DNA of 64,000 bases, from positions 288,001-352,000 of the forward strand of contig JBNGBT010000001.1 of NCBI GenBank assembly GCA_049903315.1, read 5' to 3'. Source of the stretch: Candidatus Cloacimonadota bacterium (GTDB lineage: Bacteria; Cloacimonadota; Cloacimonadia; JGIOTU-2). A program made the translations under genes and the position numbers. Below are positions 10,042 to 20,398 of the stretch, in pieces (the stretch's first letter is position 1; each line of letters starts with the position of its first letter). The notes beneath the pieces were generated by a model. The model searched no databases. It saw only the letters and a program-made list of their open reading frames with translations, and was not told the DNA's origin.

Positions 10042-11342
10042 TACCTTATACTGCATGGATACAATTATTCGTACTTACGTTAAAATTATTTCCTTCATTC
10101 AATGAGACTGATGACATACAGGTAATGACCTCGTGGAAGAGCCTGGAAAGTTTTGGTATGTATGCAAAAGACCAGGCAATGCAGGTTGAGTTTATCTCAA
10201 GTGAACATAATACACCGCTTTTAGCTTATTTGCTTATTCCCTGGGAGAATATTTCGATATCCGGCAACAACGTCGATATTTCATCCATGCTTGGTTTGCC
10301 GGATCTGCTTTGTGTGACGCCATTTGCAATACTGCAAGAGCGTTGTACACCAGATTCTGGAGAAGGAGATGTTGTCCTCAAGGAAAAGATCACTACTTTT
10401 GTCGAGGAGTTATTCAATATCGATGCAAATTCAAAACTATTGGTGTATGAGGATGGCTTTTCTCTTGGGAATCAGTATCAGGCCATATCAATGAGGAGGT
10501 TTCCTTATTTAGTGGATCTAAGTATAGCAATACCCGGAAGTGCCCATCTTGATCCAGATTTTTTTAAAAATGAGTATAGCAATACAATGATATTTGTATC
10601 CATGGTTCCGGATAGAGGTAATGTTCTTGCATCATGGATTAAAGGAGGTGATGCCGGTGAATTAACAGCAGTTATTTCTTTTCAGGATGAGTTAATACAG
10701 AAGCTTGAAGGATTTATTACTTCCGCAAGTTCAATTAAGAAAGTTGAAGAGAGGATTGAATTCTATGTGAAGTATAAAGCTGGACTTCTCGATTATCTTA
10801 GTTTAGAAGGAATGGATACAGCGATCAAAAATTTTTACTGTGATTTTCTGAGAAGATTATTAGCAGTTCCAGACGAACCGGTTAGAGAAATACAAATAGA
10901 TCCTGTTTTCGGGAATTACCAACCAAAGAAAACTCCTGATGTGGTCACTGATTATATGCCTGAGATTAAGGAAGATATTGAGAAAATCCCCAAAGCAGAA
11001 CTTGAAAATCTATTTGACCTGCTAGAACTTTTTGAGGGTTATAAAACCAGAGCGGAACAGAATCCCGGAAAAACGTTTGAAGGCAATGTCCTTTTAGGTG
11101 GATTGCCCGAAGAATATCAACCTTCAAAGGAAGAACTCCTGCTTGCAGAAATCGGTGAACGAATCAGGAAGATAAACGATACGTATTCAGATGAAGATAT
11201 CGAAGAATATTGCGATGAACACGGACTAAATTATAGAGCATTGGAATATGTAAAGTTCACCTTTATTCACTACGATGTGATGGGTTCGGGACGGTTCTTT
11301 TATGTGAACAGCAGGGATTCTGTAAGGTTCACATTACCATAG
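10038..11342 (+). CDS. Hypothetical protein
   Basis: 434-aa ORF with ATGA overlap to the upstream gene. Confidence 0.7.
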   Translation: MIPYTAWIQLFVLTLKLFPSFNETDDIQVMTSWKSLESFGMYAKDQAMQVEFISSEHNTPLLAYLLIPWENISISGNNVDISSMLGLPDLLCVTPFAILQERCTPDSGEGDVVLKEKITTFVEELFNIDANSKLLVYEDGFSLGNQYQAISMRRFPYLVDLSIAIPGSAHLDPDFFKNEYSNTMIFVSMVPDRGNVLASWIKGGDAGELTAVISFQDELIQKLEGFITSASSIKKVEERIEFYVKYKAGLLDYLSLEGMDTAIKNFYCDFLRRLLAVPDEPVREIQIDPVFGNYQPKKTPDVVTDYMPEIKEDIEKIPKAELENLFDLLELFEGYKTRAEQNPGKTFEGNVLLGGLPEEYQPSKEELLLAEIGERIRKINDTYSDEDIEEYCDEHGLNYRALEYVKFTFIHYDVMGSGRFFYVNSRDSVRFTLP

Positions 11343-11349
11343 TATAATT

Positions 11350-11562
11350 ATGAAACACTTTTTATTTGCACTTAATCTGGGTGGCATTCTTATTTCGGGA
11401 GGATTCTTTATATATTGTATTATAAATATCATTCTCCATACTGAAAATTTTTCACAATGGTTGATAAAATGTGGCATTTTTCTAGTGATAACAGGTTTGC
11501 TCATTCTGCTTCATTTTGTGCGGAAAGCGCATTACCCGTGCCCGGGCATAGACTATAAATAA
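11350..11562 (+). CDS. Small membrane protein (2 TM)
   Basis: Two hydrophobic helices; tight operon packing. Confidence 0.55.
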   Translation: MKHFLFALNLGGILISGGFFIYCIINIILHTENFSQWLIKCGIFLVITGLLILLHFVRKAHYPCPGIDYK

Positions 11563-11568
11563 ATTATT

Positions 11569-11862
11569 ATGATAAAAAAAGAAGAGATCGAAGCCATCAT
11601 CAGAAGCCAGATTGAATCACTCGAAAGGCTTGGTGAGCAGGGGAGTTCAAGTGGTCATATGAGTAATGTTTCCTGTGAATTGAATGATTTCTCAACAAAT
11701 GAGACAGAAGATGGTTTGATTCACATTGCATATTCATACACAACATATGTTGAAACAGAATTTACTTACTATCCGGATAATCCACCTTATGAGTATACGC
11801 ACAAACGCATTATGGTCATCAATAAAGAACGATCGATAATCTCTGATGAAGATACTATATGA
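11569..11862 (+). CDS. Hypothetical acidic protein
   Basis: 97-aa ORF, GSSSGHMS..YVETEFTYYPDNPPYEY. Confidence 0.65.
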   Translation: MIKKEEIEAIIRSQIESLERLGEQGSSSGHMSNVSCELNDFSTNETEDGLIHIAYSYTTYVETEFTYYPDNPPYEYTHKRIMVINKERSIISDEDTI

Positions 11863-12051
11863 TTCAAATCAATATTATAGGGGGGTAAATTCCCATATTA
11901 ATTGACAGTAAATCCATTCTATTCCGAATTCTTTGTAGATGTTCTTCGATTTAATGAAAAATATCTATGGTCAATGGGCATTCCACCACAAAAAATGCTC
12001 AATTCCGGTTTCTCTTACACCGTGAATTAAAAACATGAAAAGGAACACTGT

Positions 12052-12876
12052 ATGAAAATCCATTTTCTCTATTACACCTCTACTGGGAACACCCTTTGGT
12101 TGGCAACAAAAGCGAAAGAATACTTTGAAGAAAAAGGGCATGAGGTTCAGTTATACGAAATTCTGAAGGACAGCGAAGCCTTTGATAAGGAGGAATGTGA
12201 TCTTAAGGGGATTTTTTACCCTGTCTGGGGTTCTGATCCGCCAGATCCCATGATGGAATACCGAAAGAAAATGCCGGATGGCAACGGACAGAAGATATTT
12301 CTCGTAGGTAACTGCTGTGCTTTTTCAGGTGATACGGGAATGCGATGGAAACGCGTTTTGAAAAAGAAAGGCTACGATGTGATCTTTGGGGATCATGTAA
12401 TCATGCCAACTAATTTCAATATGCCCTGGATGCCGTGGAATGTTTGGAAAAGAGTTCCCGAAGGTGAAAAGTTACAAAAAATACTCGATAAAGCTCTTAC
12501 CAAACTTCATGGTTTTTGCGAATCTATCATAAATGAAACTCGAAAAGTTGATGGCAAAGGTCCTTTTAACCTTCTTGAAGGAGTTTCTCAAAGAAGTATT
12601 GTGTGGACTGAAGCATGGTGGAAAAATCATTATTCCGTGAGTGAAGAACTCTGCATTAAATGTGGTTTGTGCACGAGGATTTGCCCCACAGGCAATATCA
12701 CGAAAACAGAAGAAGGTAAGATCATATTTGGTGATGACTGCATCATGTGTGTGAAATGCTATAATCATTGTCCAAAGAATGCAGTACTGATCTTCAAGAA
12801 AAGCATAAATACAAAAAAATATCCACGATATAAAGGACCAAGTAAAGAGATACGTCCGGTGCAGTATCGGAAGTAA
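12052..12876 (+). CDS. EFR1-type flavodoxin / 2x[4Fe-4S] ferredoxin protein
   Basis: YYTSTGNT flavodoxin motif; CIKCGLCTRICP and CIMCVKCYNHCP. Confidence 0.9.
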   Translation: MKIHFLYYTSTGNTLWLATKAKEYFEEKGHEVQLYEILKDSEAFDKEECDLKGIFYPVWGSDPPDPMMEYRKKMPDGNGQKIFLVGNCCAFSGDTGMRWKRVLKKKGYDVIFGDHVIMPTNFNMPWMPWNVWKRVPEGEKLQKILDKALTKLHGFCESIINETRKVDGKGPFNLLEGVSQRSIVWTEAWWKNHYSVSEELCIKCGLCTRICPTGNITKTEEGKIIFGDDCIMCVKCYNHCPKNAVLIFKKSINTKKYPRYKGPSKEIRPVQYRK

Positions 12877-12889
12877 AAAATAACGCTGA

Positions 12890-12917
12890 CTCATTCCTAA
12901 GCTTCAGCTTGGAAATG
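12890..12917. repeat. REP-like palindrome (CTCRTTCCYAAG-N5-CTTGGRAAYG family)
   Basis: ctcattcctaagcttcagcttggaaatg; related copy at 41895-41922. Confidence 0.6.
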
Positions 12918-12927
12918 TGCAAATAGC

Positions 12928-13641
12928 ATGAATCAAATAAAAGAAATAATTATTTACTCACTGTTTGCAGGGATCACCATTTTTCTCGGTGGATTGCTTG
13001 CAAGAACAGCTGAAAGATGTCTGCATAAAGAGATCAAAGCATATATTCTTCATTGGACTATTGCATTCGGAGGTGGAATACTTGCTGCAGCTGTTGCTTT
13101 TGTTCTCACTCCAAAAGCCATTGAAACGTTCTCAGTAATGGTAATGGCATTAATTTTTGCTGCTGGAGCCATCACCTTTTTCTTGCTGGATCGAAGTATT
13201 GCAAAGAGAAAGGGTGTCCTGGCACAAACCATGGCAATGATGATGGACTTCATCCCGGAAGCAATTGCATTAGGCGCAACGTTCATTCATAATCATAGAT
13301 TGGGGATGTTGCTGGCTTTCTTTATCGGTATACAGAATTTACCGGAATCCTTTAATGCATATTTTGATCTGAGGAAAAGCAATCAATCACCAAAACAAGT
13401 TTTGTCCATATTCTTTCTTCTCAGTTTTCTCGGAGTCTTTGCCGCTCTTGCAGGAAGATTCTTGCTGATAAATCATGAGAAACTGACACAGGGGATCATG
13501 CTCTTTGCTGCTGGCGGCATACTATATTTGATATTTCAGGACATTGCTCCACTCTCAAAAGCAGAAAAACGCTGGGAACCTGCACTGGGGGCAATGCTTG
13601 GCTTTCTTCTTGGTATGATAGGCACTAAATTATTGGGATGA
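12928..13641 (+). CDS. ZIP family divalent metal transporter
   Basis: AFGGGIL, DFIPEAIALG, IGIQNLPESF, FAAGGILYL. Confidence 0.88.
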   Translation: MNQIKEIIIYSLFAGITIFLGGLLARTAERCLHKEIKAYILHWTIAFGGGILAAAVAFVLTPKAIETFSVMVMALIFAAGAITFFLLDRSIAKRKGVLAQTMAMMMDFIPEAIALGATFIHNHRLGMLLAFFIGIQNLPESFNAYFDLRKSNQSPKQVLSIFFLLSFLGVFAALAGRFLLINHEKLTQGIMLFAAGGILYLIFQDIAPLSKAEKRWEPALGAMLGFLLGMIGTKLLG

Positions 13642-13645
13642 TTCC

Positions 13646-14083
13646 ATGCTTAATGAATCTATAATTGACGGAAAAATATTTCAATGTGAACTCATCGTAC
13701 CTGATGATGCAATCGATCAGAATGGACATGTGAATAACGTTGTGTACGTACAGTGGATGCAGGATGTGGCAGTCCGTCATTCGGAGTTGTGTGGAGGAAC
13801 CTCTGCTATGGAAAATGCTGGGGCGACCTGGGTCGTTCGCTCACACACGATCAACTATTTGAGTCCCGCATTTGAAGGTGATCGTATAGAAGCATTTACG
13901 TGGGTGGTGGATTTTCAAAGAATAAGATCCATACGGCGCTATAAATTTGTCAGGGTGTCTGATGGGAAGATTTGTGCAAAAGGTCAGACTGATTGGGTTT
14001 TTGTCAATGCTGAAAATGGACGACCCCGCACCATACCGGAAGAGGTGAAAGTTTGTTTTTCTCCCGCACCGGATTTTGAATAA
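13646..14083 (+). CDS. Acyl-CoA/acyl-ACP thioesterase (hotdog, 4HBT-like)
   Basis: IDQNGHVNNVVYVQWMQD motif. Confidence 0.9.
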   Translation: MLNESIIDGKIFQCELIVPDDAIDQNGHVNNVVYVQWMQDVAVRHSELCGGTSAMENAGATWVVRSHTINYLSPAFEGDRIEAFTWVVDFQRIRSIRRYKFVRVSDGKICAKGQTDWVFVNAENGRPRTIPEEVKVCFSPAPDFE

Positions 14084-14120
14084 AATAAGTTTTAACTGTA
14101 AAAATTTCTGGAGTAATCAA

Positions 14121-15407
14121 ATGCGCAATATATATTTAAAATTCCCGATATTAGTAATACTATATTTATTTATTTTACTCATTTTCTCACAAAGTCTCAT
14201 TGCCTTGAATATCGTGTTCGAGGATTATCAATATTCCTTTCAATTGCTCAGAACAATAGGATATAGCTGCACTGGAGGTGCTGATATTGGAGAATGTTTG
14301 AGTACGGCTTACAAGATAAAAGAAGCAGATAATGAAAGCTGGTACAAAGAGTGGATATACACTGCAAAACAGCTCGAGAAAACAGCGGATAAATTCAGAA
14401 AAAACGGGCACAATGTGAGTGCTCGGGAAACATATTTCCGCGCATCAAATTATTATAGGACAGCTCCATTCTTTCTCAATAAAATTCCTCTGGATGAACG
14501 GATAGTTACATCTCTACGAAAGAGCAGAGAATGCTTTCAAAAGGGTGCTGAACTTTTTCAACATCCCATAAGCTTCGTGAAGATCCCCTTTGAAGAAACC
14601 ACATTACCCGCATATCTCCTCTTAGTTGATGATTCGCCAACTAAAAGACCACTACTGATCGTACATAGCGGATTTGACGGAACAGCCGAGGAATTGTACT
14701 TTGAGATCGGTAAACTCGCAGTGGAGCGGGGATACAATTGTCTTCTCTTTGAAGGACCCGGGCAGGGAGCAGTGGTGTATGAACAACACATTCCTTTTCG
14801 TCCTGACTGGGAGAGTGTTGTTACTCCAGTAGTGGACTATGTACTTACATTACCTCAGGTTGATCCGGAACGCATTGGATTAATGGGAATTAGCTTTGGC
14901 GGGTACTTTGCACCTCGCGCTGCTGCGTATGAACACCGTCTTAAAATATGTGTGGCTAATGGAGGTATATACGATTTCTATGAGAATATGATAAAGAAGT
15001 TCCCGCCGAATACAGAAAAGGTTCTTGATGATCCTGAAGCATCAATGGAATTTGATAAGGAAGTTGCAGAGATAGTGAAACAGAATGTAGAAATAGATTT
15101 CTTTTTTTCCAACGGCATGTATACTTTTGGAGCTAAAATCCCAAGTGATATGCTCCGTATGCTCAAACCCTACAATATGAGAGCCATTGCTGATAAGATA
15201 CAGTGCACGATGCTTGTAGTTGACTCTGAAGCCGACCACGATTTACAGGGACAAGCGAAGGAATTGTACGATGCGCTCAAATGTCCTAAGGAATATATGC
15301 TATTTACTACTGAGGAAGCTGCCGAAGAACATTGCCAGATGGGAGCGGTAATGATCTCGGGTGAGCGAATACTCAACTGGCTTGATGAGCATTTGATGGA
15401 AAAATAA
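14121..15407 (+). CDS. Secreted alpha/beta hydrolase (S9/FrsA/2,6-dihydropseudooxynicotine hydrolase-like)
   Basis: GFDGTAEE, FEGPGQG, GISFGG nucleophile elbow, EEHCQ; RBS GGAG before ATG 14121. Confidence 0.85.
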   Translation: MRNIYLKFPILVILYLFILLIFSQSLIALNIVFEDYQYSFQLLRTIGYSCTGGADIGECLSTAYKIKEADNESWYKEWIYTAKQLEKTADKFRKNGHNVSARETYFRASNYYRTAPFFLNKIPLDERIVTSLRKSRECFQKGAELFQHPISFVKIPFEETTLPAYLLLVDDSPTKRPLLIVHSGFDGTAEELYFEIGKLAVERGYNCLLFEGPGQGAVVYEQHIPFRPDWESVVTPVVDYVLTLPQVDPERIGLMGISFGGYFAPRAAAYEHRLKICVANGGIYDFYENMIKKFPPNTEKVLDDPEASMEFDKEVAEIVKQNVEIDFFFSNGMYTFGAKIPSDMLRMLKPYNMRAIADKIQCTMLVVDSEADHDLQGQAKELYDALKCPKEYMLFTTEEAAEEHCQMGAVMISGERILNWLDEHLMEK

Positions 15408-15449
15408 TGTATCCGTGAAAGTCAGCGATATGAAAAAGGAGATATATTT

Positions 15450-16061
15450 ATGAATGAAAAAAATATGACACTCCTTATGATAATAGCATTGTCATATGAA
15501 ATAGCTCTGAAACTGGTCATTGTTTTTATGCCCACAATTGTTCATTCACAAATATTTGCCGTTGTCACAAAGCTGCTTTCTCTTTTTGTTGGAATTGTCA
15601 TCATCCTGTTCATGTTTTTCTTTTATAATAAGGAAAAATCAAATAAAAGGATTCAGACTGTACTGAAAATTCTCATTGCATGTATTATCTTAAGTTTTAT
15701 TTTACGATTACCCGTAACAAGAAATATATTTGGTTATTCAGATGCATTATTCGTAGGTGAAATAGTAGGATTGATTCAAGCGCTTCTCTTGTTAGTGTTA
15801 ATAATATTGTATAAGAAAACGATTCCTTCTCAAGAAAAAGCTCTTAAACAAACAGCAGTTTTTGTAGCAATCATGTTCAGCGTTGGTGTAATAAAGAGTG
15901 GATATGTTCTGATAAACTATTCTGTTTTTATTACCACAGGTGTGACGGCAGATGCATCTCCGATATGGTTTAAAATCTCATTTGTCCTATTTTTACTCAC
16001 CCATATTTCAATAATTTATTTTTTGTGTCGGTATTATCGGTATCAAAACAACAGAGTGTAA
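15450..16061 (+). CDS. Hypothetical membrane protein (about 6 TM)
   Basis: Hydrophobic helices; RBS AAGGAG. Confidence 0.7.
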   Translation: MNEKNMTLLMIIALSYEIALKLVIVFMPTIVHSQIFAVVTKLLSLFVGIVIILFMFFFYNKEKSNKRIQTVLKILIACIILSFILRLPVTRNIFGYSDALFVGEIVGLIQALLLLVLIILYKKTIPSQEKALKQTAVFVAIMFSVGVIKSGYVLINYSVFITTGVTADASPIWFKISFVLFLLTHISIIYFLCRYYRYQNNRV

Positions 16062-16095
16062 TTTTTTCAAGAGAGGCATCGTCATTTCTTCAAAT

Positions 16096-16112
16096 TGGGA
16101 ATTTAATTCCCA
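16096..16112. repeat. Short palindrome between convergent genes (REP-like or terminator)
   Basis: tgggaatt-t-aattccca. Confidence 0.4.
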
Positions 16113-16145
16113 GATTGTAAATCATGTAATATTCTTTTAGAGAAC

Positions 16146-16532
16146 TTACACAGAAAACTCAAATATATCAGGCAGCAATACAGAAATATTCTTTACGACA
16201 TATTCATCTTCACTTTTCGCAATTATAACTTGAATATCCCTTGTGAATTCTGAAATGACCTGTCTGCAGATACCGCAGGGGAAGGGAAAATTTTCACCTT
16301 CCGCATAGATCGCAAGTGCTTCGAATTCTTTTTCTCCATTTTTCACCGCATCGAATAGTGCGACTCTTTCCGCACATATGCCGGCAGGAAATGATGCATT
16401 CTCGATGTTTGTACCTGTATATATTTTCTCATTTTTCGTGAGCAGCGCAGCTCCTACTTTATATTTTGAATAGGGTGAGTAAGAATACTCAGAAGCTTTT
16501 TGTGCTGCTTTTATAAGTTTTTTTATTTCCAT
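16146..16532 (-). CDS. cdd: Cytidine deaminase (homotetrameric type)
   Basis: YSPYSKYKVGAAL, GTNIENAS, ICAER, PCGICRQ. Confidence 0.95.
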   Translation of the reverse strand: MEIKKLIKAAQKASEYSYSPYSKYKVGAALLTKNEKIYTGTNIENASFPAGICAERVALFDAVKNGEKEFEALAIYAEGENFPFPCGICRQVISEFTRDIQVIIAKSEDEYVVKNISVLLPDIFEFSV

Positions 16533-16610
16533 ATTAACTCATTTCAAATTTCATTCAAGAGTAATAAAAATCATCTTACCTTTTCCATGCAAGTTTTTTA
16601 ACCTTGCTCA

Positions 16611-17081
16611 TCAGTAATGGTACTTCTTGTTTTTGAGAATAGTGAATGCACGGTAGAGCTGTTCGAGGAGAATGATCCTCACCATCTGATGGGTGAAAGT
16701 AAGTTGTGAAAGAGAAAGAAGTTCATCAGCTCTGTCTTTGATTTCCGGAGAAAATCCGTAAGGTCCTCCAATCAAAAAATAAAGCGGTTTGTTCTGTGAA
16801 ACGAGAATTCTGTTGAGATGTTGTGCAAAATCTTTGGATGTATGTTGCTTCCCACCTTCATCAAGAGCAATGACATAGCACTGGTCGGGAAGTGTTGTCA
16901 GGATTGCTTTTCCTTCACATTCTTTGATTTTCTCAACGGATTGATTCCTCTTGTATTTTGGAGTGGAAACAGTCTCAATCTTAAGAGAACAAAATCTGGA
17001 GAGTCGCTTTACATATTCATTTTCTGCAAGAGTAATATACTCATCCTTGTTTTTACCAATAGCCAGGATCGTAATGCTCAT
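16611..17081 (-). CDS. rlmH: 23S rRNA (pseudouridine1915-N3)-methyltransferase
   Basis: FLIGGPYG, LSLSQLTFTHQMVRIILLEQLYRA, KKYHY. Confidence 0.95.
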   Translation of the reverse strand: MSITILAIGKNKDEYITLAENEYVKRLSRFCSLKIETVSTPKYKRNQSVEKIKECEGKAILTTLPDQCYVIALDEGGKQHTSKDFAQHLNRILVSQNKPLYFLIGGPYGFSPEIKDRADELLSLSQLTFTHQMVRIILLEQLYRAFTILKNKKYHY

Positions 17082-17084
17082 TAA

Positions 17085-18089
17085 TCACACGGTTTGAATA
17101 TCGTTGTAATGCTTTTGAATATAGGTTACTTTTTGATGGAATTCCTTGATATTCGTAGCACCTGCATAGGAGAAAGCAGAGCGGAGACCATCTTCGATAT
17201 TACGGATCACATACTTTGCAGGTCCCTTGTAATCAATAGTCGTACTGACACCTTCCACGTTACGTTTCTCATCATTTCGCAATTGTTTGGATTCGAGACT
17301 CGCAGAACCGCGGTAGCGTTTATACAAATGATAATTCGGAAAATTGCCTTCTTTGTGGATCGTGCCCGGTGTCTCCTTGCATCCTGCAAACAGAGCACCT
17401 ATCATCACGGAATCTGCACCAACTGCCAAGGCTTTGGCAACATCACCAGAATTACGGATTCCACCATCTGCAATAACAGGTGTGTCATATTGTATAGCCA
17501 CCTTGCATACATCCTGAAGAGCAGTTACTTGAGGAACTCCGAATCCTGTATTTATTCGTGTTGTACACATTGAGCCGGGTCCAATGCCAACTTTGATTGC
17601 ATCTGCTTCGTGTTCACAAAGGAATCTTGCAGCTTCTGCTGTCGCAATATTACCGGCAATAATATCCACATTAAATTTTTTGCACATATTGATCGTATCA
17701 GCCATAAGTTTGTGATGACCATGTGCGATATCTATACAGATTATCTGAGCTCCTGCATCGATCAATGCTTTCAAACGGTCTTTATTCTCTCCAGTCACGC
17801 CTATAGAGGCAGCCCTGATTGGATTTTCAGCAAGTCGAAGCCGCTCAATAATGCTGGCTTCTTCTTCAATCGAGCAGAATCTGTGCACAATACCGAGTGC
17901 ACCAAATCCACTCAGTATATTTGCCATATCATACTCGGTGATGGTGTCCATATTGGCAGAGAGAATGGGAAGCTTGATCCTATAATTTTTTGTCACTCTT
18001 GTAGAAAGATCAGGATCCTGTCTGGTCAGTACTTCCGAGTAATTAGGAATAAGCAGAATATCATTGTATGTTAATCCAATTCGTGTCAT
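17085..18089 (-). CDS. guaC: IMPDH/GMP reductase family, CBS-less; probably GMP reductase
   Basis: [38 protein letters not shown]; start at 18089 with RBS AAGGAG. Confidence 0.75.
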   Translation of the reverse strand: MTRIGLTYNDILLIPNYSEVLTRQDPDLSTRVTKNYRIKLPILSANMDTITEYDMANILSGFGALGIVHRFCSIEEEASIIERLRLAENPIRAASIGVTGENKDRLKALIDAGAQIICIDIAHGHHKLMADTINMCKKFNVDIIAGNIATAEAARFLCEHEADAIKVGIGPGSMCTTRINTGFGVPQVTALQDVCKVAIQYDTPVIADGGIRNSGDVAKALAVGADSVMIGALFAGCKETPGTIHKEGNFPNYHLYKRYRGSASLESKQLRNDEKRNVEGVSTTIDYKGPAKYVIRNIEDGLRSAFSYAGATNIKEFHQKVTYIQKHYNDIQTV

Positions 18090-18099
18090 TATGACTCCT

Positions 18100-18993
18100 T
18101 TATGCGCATATAATTCCCAGTGCCACAGAATGCAGTTTTGTCCATGCATCATCGGCACGAGAGGTTATGAGGATTGGTACTTTTGCTCCGATGATCACAT
18201 GAGCAACACTTAGATGGGCGTAATAGGTCATTGCTTTTCCAAATATATTTCCGGCTTCGATGTTTGGCATAATAAGAATATCAGCATTACCAGCAACCGG
18301 GGAATCTATTTCCTTTATCTTTGCTGCATGTTCGGATACTGCAACATCAAGTGCAAGAGGACCTTCAACCTTACAACCGGTAATTTTTCCCTCTTTATAC
18401 AATTTTGTTATCTCCGCTGCGTCAATTGTAGGGGGCATTTTAGGATTGACAACCTCAAGAGCGCAGAGTAAAGCAACATTTGGACAAGGATTCTCCAGTC
18501 TGTTAGCGACAAATACCGCATTATTTATCAAAGAAATTTTTTCTTGTACATCCGGATAGCGCACTATACCACCGTCTGTCATGAGTGTCAGGCGGTCTTT
18601 TGTTTCGATCACTAGCACATCGCTGAGAATATTTCCCGTATGAAGCTCCTTCCCTTTATTGATCACCCCCTTTATTAACTGCCCGGTTGTAGTGGCACCC
18701 TTCAGAATTAGATCAGCTTCATTATTCAGTACGGCATCAACTGCGAGGGATATACATTTTTCAGGATCAGTTTCATCGATGATCTCAAAAGCATTGACGA
18801 GACTTTCTTCCGACATGGAAATATAATCTATGATCTGTGCTTTATCACCAATAAGAAGAAATTCTCCAATCTGCTCTTCTTTTGCGAGCGTGGCACAGTA
18901 AACAGCAGACATCGTGTGAGCAGCAGGAATGACAACTCTTTTCTGGGGAAGTTTCTTTACTTTATCAAGTAGTTCATCAAAATTTTTTATCAT
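18100..18993 (-). CDS. ptb: Phosphate butyryl/acetyltransferase (PTA/PTB family)
   Basis: ADLILKG, TDGG, EGPLALDVAV, ADILIMPNIEAGN, PILITSRAD. Confidence 0.9.
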   Translation of the reverse strand: MIKNFDELLDKVKKLPQKRVVIPAAHTMSAVYCATLAKEEQIGEFLLIGDKAQIIDYISMSEESLVNAFEIIDETDPEKCISLAVDAVLNNEADLILKGATTTGQLIKGVINKGKELHTGNILSDVLVIETKDRLTLMTDGGIVRYPDVQEKISLINNAVFVANRLENPCPNVALLCALEVVNPKMPPTIDAAEITKLYKEGKITGCKVEGPLALDVAVSEHAAKIKEIDSPVAGNADILIMPNIEAGNIFGKAMTYYAHLSVAHVIIGAKVPILITSRADDAWTKLHSVALGIICA

Positions 18994-19006
18994 GCAATCT
19001 CCGGGA

Positions 19007-20239
19007 CTATTTTAGCTGCCATGCAATAAATTTCATAGATTTTGTAAACCATTTATCAACTTCTTTTTCATCTTTTTCTGAGATGGGGAATGGGATTACA
19101 TGGTCATAGGGATAGGGAAAATCATAGGACTTAACCTTTATTGGAATTTTGTTATCATGCCCGTGCAACGAGAGTTCCACTTCAATTGAAGGGACAACTT
19201 CATCTTTTTGCAGTGCTAATGCTGAAATCCGTTTTGCGATTTTTTTCAGACGATTTTCCCTGAATGTGATCATCTTATTATAATCGAGCATACTCCTAAA
19301 ATATTTTCCAATATGGTGTTGATCGCTGAAATAATGCGCAAGCCGTTTATCTCGCTTGAGTTCGACCTCAAGATGTTCAATGAAGAAAGAGTAAATCGCT
19401 ACGTTTGCTTCGCTGTCCAGAATATATTTGGAAGCAGGTGACATCCTGTTGAGAAGCGGACCTCCGCAGAACATGCAAAGTTTTGAATCTTTAAAATAAT
19501 CTTTCTCATCCGTCAACAGCATGAGTTCTGCAAGGAATGAGCCGACGGAGTAAGAGAAAAAATCGATGTGCGCATCTTTATGGATATGGGGATGAGCACC
19601 AGCACGTATTTGATCTATAAGCTGCAAAATATCATAATATGTTTGCAAACCTGACCAGAAAAAACGTTTGGGAAGGAATTGTAAGCGTGTGCTTATCGCA
19701 GCATTCGCAAAGGAGGAGTTCGTTACTTTTGGATAAAATTTCTTCCGCTCTTTGCAAACTTTGTTCATGAATTTGGGATCAGCCCATATTTCGGGCGAGC
19801 GGTTCATATGAAATGCTGTGGGAAAGAGGATCACTGTTTTTCCTGTATATTCCACGAGTTTATGTGCCCAGGGCAGATATTTTTCCCAGCTCTTTTCGTT
19901 CAAACCGTGCAGGAGTATGATGACATCTTGAGATTTTTTCAAAGTAAAGGATTTGAAGACAGGATAGGTGAAAAAAATATTTTCTTCAATGCGCGAATCA
20001 TCGATTCTCAGAAGCTCGTCTAGATGAGGTGCAGAAATTTTGCTGTCCCATGAATAAGATTCTTCAAAACTCACATTATGAGTCTGGCAATGATAGTGCT
20101 CTTCACCCGGGAGAATGTCATAATTATAAGACTCAAATGGAGTGTTCAGGATATTCATACGGAATTTCTTGAGTGTAATAAATTCAGCTTTCGGATCGAA
20201 CTTCTCTCTTAAATAGAGATAATCATTTCGGTAACTCAT
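19007..20239 (-). CDS. DUF6051-like alpha/beta-hydrolase-fold protein
   Basis: ILLHGLNEKSWEKYLPWA, FPTAFHMNRSP, FSYSVG, YDHVIPFP. Confidence 0.7.
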   Translation of the reverse strand: MSYRNDYLYLREKFDPKAEFITLKKFRMNILNTPFESYNYDILPGEEHYHCQTHNVSFEESYSWDSKISAPHLDELLRIDDSRIEENIFFTYPVFKSFTLKKSQDVIILLHGLNEKSWEKYLPWAHKLVEYTGKTVILFPTAFHMNRSPEIWADPKFMNKVCKERKKFYPKVTNSSFANAAISTRLQFLPKRFFWSGLQTYYDILQLIDQIRAGAHPHIHKDAHIDFFSYSVGSFLAELMLLTDEKDYFKDSKLCMFCGGPLLNRMSPASKYILDSEANVAIYSFFIEHLEVELKRDKRLAHYFSDQHHIGKYFRSMLDYNKMITFRENRLKKIAKRISALALQKDEVVPSIEVELSLHGHDNKIPIKVKSYDFPYPYDHVIPFPISEKDEKEVDKWFTKSMKFIAWQLK

Positions 20240-20398
20240 GACAAAGAAACGCTCCTGTGTCCTTTATTCTGCAGCGCATACTGCTTTTAATGTGGTTAAT
20301 TAATGGTGTAGAACTGAATACACGTCAAGAGATTTGAAACGTTATTATCTTAGTTACTACAGGGAGGGCAAACACACTTATGAAAGTGAAGCAATTAT

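Noticed and set aside
5480..16061. Integron cassette array
   Set aside because: No integrase and no recurring attC-like sites seen; several genes have their own TTGACA element or overlap each other.
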